From an uncultured Verrucomicrobiae bacterium (GTDB lineage: Bacteria > Verrucomicrobiota > Verrucomicrobiia > Chthoniobacterales > JAATET01), in assembly GCA_963719495.1 (NCBI GenBank), contig CAVRCI010000015.1:96001-160000 (forward strand): a DNA stretch of 64,000 nt. Direction: 5' to 3'. Below are positions 59,593-64,000 of the stretch, piece by piece. The position numbers and the translations under genes are program-made. Numbering within the stretch: position 1 is the stretch's first letter; each line of letters starts with the position of its first letter. The notes below the pieces were generated by a model. It had not been told where the DNA came from and ran no database searches. It saw nothing but the letters and a program-made list of their open reading frames with translations.

Positions 59593-60339
59593 TTAGGCGA
59601 GGGGTGGGTTTTCGATTTTGGCTCTTTCGAAGAGGTCGGCGAGGGCGTTTGCGATTTGGTCGAAGAGGATGGCGCCGGCTTCGGCGGTTGCGCGGCTGGG
59701 GAAGCCGGTGACGCCGTTCCGGCTGGTTTGGCTGACGGGATAGGAAAATACGGTGTCGGCGGTGCGGTCGGGGTCGTCGGCTTCGGTGAGGCGGTCGGTG
59801 TGGACGAACTCGGGGCTGAGGTGGAGGAGGAGGTCGGTCTCGGCTTTGTTCGCGTGGAGGTCGGCGGCGTCGGCGGTGTAGGCCGCCCAGATTTCGGGCG
59901 TGAGGTTGAAGACGTTGTGGGTGGCGACCTGGAGTTTGCCGAGGTGGGTGGTGCGGATCGCGTCGACGGCGACGCGGAGGGCGGCGTCGTTGCCGAAGTG
60001 GGAATTAATGAACAGGAGCCGCGTCCAGCCAGTGGCTACGGCCCAATCGGCGAGCTCGCGGACGGTTGCTATGAATGTCGCGTGGGTGAGCGAAAAAGTC
60101 CCGGGCCATTTGGCGGTGTGGCCTTGGGAAACAGTGTAGGCGAGGGCGGGGGCGACGGGGACGGCGAAGGTGGCGAGATCGGCGGCGGCGTGGCAGGCGG
60201 CTTCGACGATGCGACTGTCGGTGTCGATGGGGAGGTGGGGGCCGTGCTGCTCGGTGGCTCCGACCGGGACGACGAGGAGGCCGTTCGATTCCCTCTGCGC
60301 GGCGGGGATGTCGGGCCAGGCTTGGTGGGCTAGATGCAT
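59593..60339 (-). CDS. Creatininase-family amidohydrolase
   Basis: PVGATEQHGPHLP..TD, INSHFGN, DLHANKAET, NGVTG.PS.AT. Confidence 0.9.
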   Translation of the reverse strand: MHLAHQAWPDIPAAQRESNGLLVVPVGATEQHGPHLPIDTDSRIVEAACHAAADLATFAVPVAPALAYTVSQGHTAKWPGTFSLTHATFIATVRELADWAVATGWTRLLFINSHFGNDAALRVAVDAIRTTHLGKLQVATHNVFNLTPEIWAAYTADAADLHANKAETDLLLHLSPEFVHTDRLTEADDPDRTADTVFSYPVSQTSRNGVTGFPSRATAEAGAILFDQIANALADLFERAKIENPPLA

Positions 60340-60375
60340 TCTATTTATGATTTATCATTTACGATTGATGATTTT

Positions 60376-61269
60376 TTATTCGACGTCGTCGCCGGCGGCG
60401 ACGAGGCGGATGTTGGGGAGGGGTTGATCTTCGGTGTGGGGGTGGATGAGATGTTCGAGGCGGCGTTTGGTGGCTAGGTGGGGTCCCGATAAGAATTGCT
60501 CGGGATCGCGGGGGCGGGGGACGGGATTTTCGACGATCTCGAGGATGCGGGACGGATTGGCTCCGAGCACGAGGATGCGGTCGGAGAGGTGGACGGCTTC
60601 GTCGAGGTCGTGGGTGATGAAGAGGATGGTGACGTTCACGCTGCGCCAGATGTGCAGGAGGTAGGCCTGCATCTGCGCGCGGGTCTGCGCGTCGAGGGCA
60701 CCGAAGGGCTCGTCCATGAGGAGGATACGGGGTTTGTTCGCGAGGGCCCGGGCGATGGCGACGCGTTGCTTCATCCCGCCGGAAAGCTCGTAGGGGTAGG
60801 CGTTCTCGAACTTCGACAGGCCGACGAGGTGAATCCATTCACGGGCTTCGGCGGCGGCGTCGAAATTCGATTTGCCGCCGACGGTCATTCCGAACATGAC
60901 GTTGCGTTTGACCGTGAGCCACGGGAAGAGCGTGTAGCCCTGGAAGACCATGCCGCGGTCGGAGCCGGGCCGGTCGACGGCCTTGCCCTTGAGCAGGACT
61001 TCGCCCGACGTCGGAAAGTCGAGTCCGGCGACGATGCGGGCGAGGGTGCTTTTGCCGCAGCCCGACGGGCCGACGATCGTGATGAATTCGCGGCGGCGGA
61101 CGGTGAGCGAGATGCGGTCGAGCGCGGTAATGGCCTTGGGGCCGGTGCCGAAGATCTTGGTAACGCTGCGGCAGTCGAGGACGACGGGGCGCTCCTGGAT
61201 TTGCGCGAACCGGGCGGCGACCTCGGGGTCGAGATCGCGGTAATCGGGGAGATCGAGGCTGCTGATCAT
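60376..61269 (-). CDS. ABC transporter ATP-binding protein (NitT/TauT type)
   Basis: [34 protein letters not shown]. Confidence 0.95.
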   Translation of the reverse strand: MISSLDLPDYRDLDPEVAARFAQIQERPVVLDCRSVTKIFGTGPKAITALDRISLTVRRREFITIVGPSGCGKSTLARIVAGLDFPTSGEVLLKGKAVDRPGSDRGMVFQGYTLFPWLTVKRNVMFGMTVGGKSNFDAAAEAREWIHLVGLSKFENAYPYELSGGMKQRVAIARALANKPRILLMDEPFGALDAQTRAQMQAYLLHIWRSVNVTILFITHDLDEAVHLSDRILVLGANPSRILEIVENPVPRPRDPEQFLSGPHLATKRRLEHLIHPHTEDQPLPNIRLVAAGDDVE

Positions 61270-62303
61270 GCTTTTGCCTCCTTGAGAGCTTCCTCGGCGG
61301 CTTGATTGAGCATCAGGCGGCGGAGCAACCCGGGCTTCGTCGACTTCACCCACGGGAAGATCTGGCGACCGAGCCAATCGAGGAATCGGTCGAACGTGAA
61401 CCCGATGATGCCGATCATGATGATGGCGGCGAAGACGTTGTCGTAGATGCGGTATTTTGCCTGCTGGTTGATGAAGTAGGTGATGCCGGACGAAGCGCCG
61501 ATCAGTTCGGCGACGATGAGATAGGTCCAGGCCCAGCCGAGCAGGATGCGCATGTCGTTGTAGAGATCGACGGCGATGGCGGGGACGATGACGCGGAAGA
61601 GGAGCTGACGTCGGTTCGTTCCAAGTGTTTGCGCGGCTTCGACGAGGGCTTGATCGACCTTGCGCGTCGTGTTCGCAATGACGAGGACCTGTTGGAAAAA
61701 CGTGCCGATGACGATGATGGCAATCTTGGGGGCCTCGTAAATGCCGACGACGGCGACCGCGAGGGCACCGAAAGCGGGGGCGGGCATGTAGCGGGTGAAA
61801 TCGACGACGGGTTCGGTGAGCCGGGAAAAAATGGGAAACGTTCCGCAGAGAACGCCGAGCGGAACGCCGATGATCGAGCTGATCGTGAAGCCCCAGAAGA
61901 TGACCTGGATGCTTTGCCAGAGGCTTTCGTGCAGCCATTTTTCGCCCTTGCGGCGTGGCGGTGCGGTGAAGCTTTTGTAGAAGGATTCGACGACCTCGTG
62001 GGGCGCCGGGAGAAAAATCGGGTTGGCCGGAACGCCGTCGGCGACGGCCTGATTGGTGTCGCGCATCTTCGCGTTTTCGGCCGTGAAGACCTTGCGGTCG
62101 ACGAGCGTGCCTTCGCGGAAGTAGGAGACATCACCGGGGACGGTGATTTTCACCAGCGGATGCCAGATGAAGGGGGTGTAGCTGACGATGGACCAGACGA
62201 CGAGAGGGAGGAGAAAGGACGCCCAGAGGAGCAGGGTCTGCTGGAGCGGTGGGACTTCGCCAAATGGCACGAACCAAGGTCTTCGCGGCGAGGTCGTCGG
62301 CAT
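61266..62303 (-). CDS. ABC transporter permease (NitT/TauT type)
   Basis: [34 protein letters not shown]. Confidence 0.92.
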   Translation of the reverse strand: MPTTSPRRPWFVPFGEVPPLQQTLLLWASFLLPLVVWSIVSYTPFIWHPLVKITVPGDVSYFREGTLVDRKVFTAENAKMRDTNQAVADGVPANPIFLPAPHEVVESFYKSFTAPPRRKGEKWLHESLWQSIQVIFWGFTISSIIGVPLGVLCGTFPIFSRLTEPVVDFTRYMPAPAFGALAVAVVGIYEAPKIAIIVIGTFFQQVLVIANTTRKVDQALVEAAQTLGTNRRQLLFRVIVPAIAVDLYNDMRILLGWAWTYLIVAELIGASSGITYFINQQAKYRIYDNVFAAIIMIGIIGFTFDRFLDWLGRQIFPWVKSTKPGLLRRLMLNQAAEEALKEAKA

Positions 62304-62370
62304 GATTTTTCCTGGGCTGCGCCGAGGAGAAACGGGGATCGAACCCGTTTCTCCAACCGAAACGAGTGTC

Positions 62371-63369
62371 CTACAACTCGTTCGTGATGGACGGATCGAT
62401 GTAGTCGGCCGTCGGCTCGGGGTCGGTGTAGACCTGATTCGCCACGTTGAACTCGTCGACGATGACGTTCGAGCCGTAGACCGAACCCATCCCCTCCGTC
62501 TCTTTCAAACGCTCCTTCGCCTCGTCCAGTTTGAGGATTTTGGTGCCCTCGATGAACTTCGCGTATTCGGCAGGTTCGAGGTTCACGCGGGACGCCATGA
62601 TCGCGATGGCGTCATCGCGGGTGGCTGGATCGTAGAGGTAGTCGACCGCTTGATACCACACCTTGGCCACTTTTTTCCAATCCTCACGATGGGCGGAAAG
62701 GCTCGATGGGCTGACGGCGAGCACGTCGTAGATGAGGCCGGGGACGTCAGCGCTGGTGTAGATCGCCTTGGAGCCGGGGACGGCTTTGAGGGCCTGGCCG
62801 GAGTTCGGCTGCCAGGCACCGATGGCGTCGACTTCGCCGGACGCGAGCACCTTGGCGGTCTCGTTGGTGGGCACGTTGACGAGCTCCACGTCGGCCTCGG
62901 TCATGCCGTTCGCTTCGAGGGCCTTGAGCAAGAGGAGGTGGACGACGTAGCCGACTTCCACACCGACTTTTTTACCCTTCAGGTCTTTGATCGACTCGAT
63001 GCCGGGCTGACCGACAATCATGTCGTTGCCGTTCGAGAAGTCATTGATGATGATCGCGCGGCTGGGCGCTCCGGTCGCGCCGGTCACGAGCGCGTCGCCG
63101 TTCGTCATCGCGACGGCGTCGAGTTGGCCGGCGGCGAAGGCCTCCATGGAGGGGACGTATTCGAACCATTCGAACTGAACGTCCACGCCTGCTTCCTTGA
63201 ACCAGTCTTTCTGGATGGCGATTTCCCACGCGACCCAGCCCGGCCAATCGGAGTAACCGATCTTCAATGGCTCGGCCGACGCTGTCCCGAGCAGAGCGAG
63301 GGAGGCGGCGGCGGTCGTGATGGCAGCGAGGCTGCGGCGACGGAAGGAGTTTAGGAGCTTCATGGTCAT
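62371..63369 (-). CDS. ABC transporter substrate-binding protein (NitT/TauT; urea-carboxylase/guanidine-associated-like)
   Basis: Signal peptide; [36 protein letters not shown]. Confidence 0.9.
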   Translation of the reverse strand: MTMKLLNSFRRRSLAAITTAAASLALLGTASAEPLKIGYSDWPGWVAWEIAIQKDWFKEAGVDVQFEWFEYVPSMEAFAAGQLDAVAMTNGDALVTGATGAPSRAIIINDFSNGNDMIVGQPGIESIKDLKGKKVGVEVGYVVHLLLLKALEANGMTEADVELVNVPTNETAKVLASGEVDAIGAWQPNSGQALKAVPGSKAIYTSADVPGLIYDVLAVSPSSLSAHREDWKKVAKVWYQAVDYLYDPATRDDAIAIMASRVNLEPAEYAKFIEGTKILKLDEAKERLKETEGMGSVYGSNVIVDEFNVANQVYTDPEPTADYIDPSITNEL

Positions 63370-63415
63370 ATTTGGATTGGGTATTACGATGAGTGCATCG
63401 AATAATACCGGTTGG

Positions 63416-63431
63416 AGCACGTGCCGTGCCA
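63416..63431 (-). promoter_or_regulatory. Putative sigma54 (-24/-12) promoter of the ABC/GS operon
   Basis: Minus strand TGGCACG-GCAC-GTGCT, GG-N10-GC, about 47 nt upstream of the start. Confidence 0.55.
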
Positions 63432-63461
63432 CGGGAATCCGGGTCGGGGTTCCCAAATACG

Positions 63462-63496
63462 AAAATGGGAGAAGCTCCGAGGAGCTTCTCCCATTT
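63462..63496 (-). terminator. Rho-independent terminator of the H1-like gene
   Basis: AAATGGGAGAAGCTCC-TC-GGAGCTTCTCCCATTT perfect stem. Confidence 0.75.
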
Positions 63497-63534
63497 CTGA
63501 ACTCGGACTCCGGTGGAACCGGAGGAGAGATCGA

Positions 63535-63903
63535 TTATTTCTTGCTCTTCTTGGCGGCTGCTTTTTTCGCAGGGGCCTTGGCGGCCTTCTTGGGGGCAGC
63601 CTTGGCTTTCGCGGCTGGAGCCTTCTTGGCGGCTGCCTTTGGAGCTGGAGCCTTCTTGGCTGCGGCTCTCTTAGGCGCGGCTTTCTTGGCTGGTGCCTTG
63701 GCCGCCGGTGCTTTCTTCGCCGGAGCGGCCTTTTTCGCTGGAGCCGCCTTGGCGGCTGGCTTCTTGGCGGCCGGCTTTGGAGTCACCGTTTTTTTGGCGG
63801 CTGGCTTCTTGGCTGGCGCGGCCTTGGCCACTGGCGCTTTCTTGGCCGGAGCCTTTTTAGCGGCTGGTTTCTTGGCTGCTGGTTTTTTCTTAGTTGCTGG
63901 CAT
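63535..63903 (-). CDS. Histone H1-like Lys/Ala/Pro-rich DNA-binding protein
   Basis: 122 aa almost entirely PAAKK/APAKK repeats; followed by a terminator. Confidence 0.8.
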   Translation of the reverse strand: MPATKKKPAAKKPAAKKAPAKKAPVAKAAPAKKPAAKKTVTPKPAAKKPAAKAAPAKKAAPAKKAPAAKAPAKKAAPKRAAAKKAPAPKAAAKKAPAAKAKAAPKKAAKAPAKKAAAKKSKK

Positions 63904-64000
63904 TCTGTATCCCCCCTTTCGGTCCGCGAGTGCGGAAAATGTGAAAACAATGTGAATAACTCACGTTTCATTGTGAATAAGGAGTTCACTGAAATGCGTC

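Noticed and set aside
63317..63955. 212-aa plus-strand hydrophobic (AFLAAG-repeat) membrane protein
   Set aside because: Antisense reading of the PAKK-repeat H1-like gene
1..64000. tRNA, rRNA, integrase or prophage genes
   Set aside because: None recognised by eye; tRNAscan-SE/Infernal and HMM scans would be needed to exclude small RNAs formally

Overview
High-GC bacterial chromosomal segment, most likely Verrucomicrobiota (Chthoniobacterales-like), inferred from a Verru_Chthon pilin-like cassette, a PEP-CTERM gene and the alternative complex III genes. Core or common genes: tkt, tig-clpP-clpX, trmB, actABCD, a Yej-like peptide ABC transporter interrupted by a Phd/VapC module, FUSC/HlyD efflux genes, a 5'-nucleotidase, an L,D-transpeptidase, two GT4 enzymes, an ECF sigma factor and an H1-like protein. 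Three accessory blocks stand out. (1) About 14.6-22.1 kb: a lower-GC island with a PEP-CTERM gene, an IS66 remnant and a D-B-C-A pilin-like cassette. It starts right after actD, where actE/actF would normally follow, and appears to end inside the first cassette gene. (2) 41.8-49.7 kb: a tightly coupled minus-strand operon (flavin amino-acid oxidase, SAM methyltransferase, MFS, YbdK-type ligase, circularly permuted ATP-grasp ligase, APC permease) that looks like an uncharacterised gamma-glutamyl-peptide metabolite pathway. (3) 52.3-63.4 kb: a nitrogen-scavenging-type operon preceded by a sigma54-like site (ABC importer, creatininase-family enzyme, cytoplasmic Cache-LuxR regulator, two divergent GS-like ligases, Rieske oxygenase, FGE-fold protein, TIM barrel, CMD-family protein) with unknown substrate. 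Intergenic DNA is rich in REP/MITE-like palindromes and heptamer tandem repeats. No rRNA, tRNA or CRISPR array was recognised. All product calls come from motif recognition by eye, not database searches.
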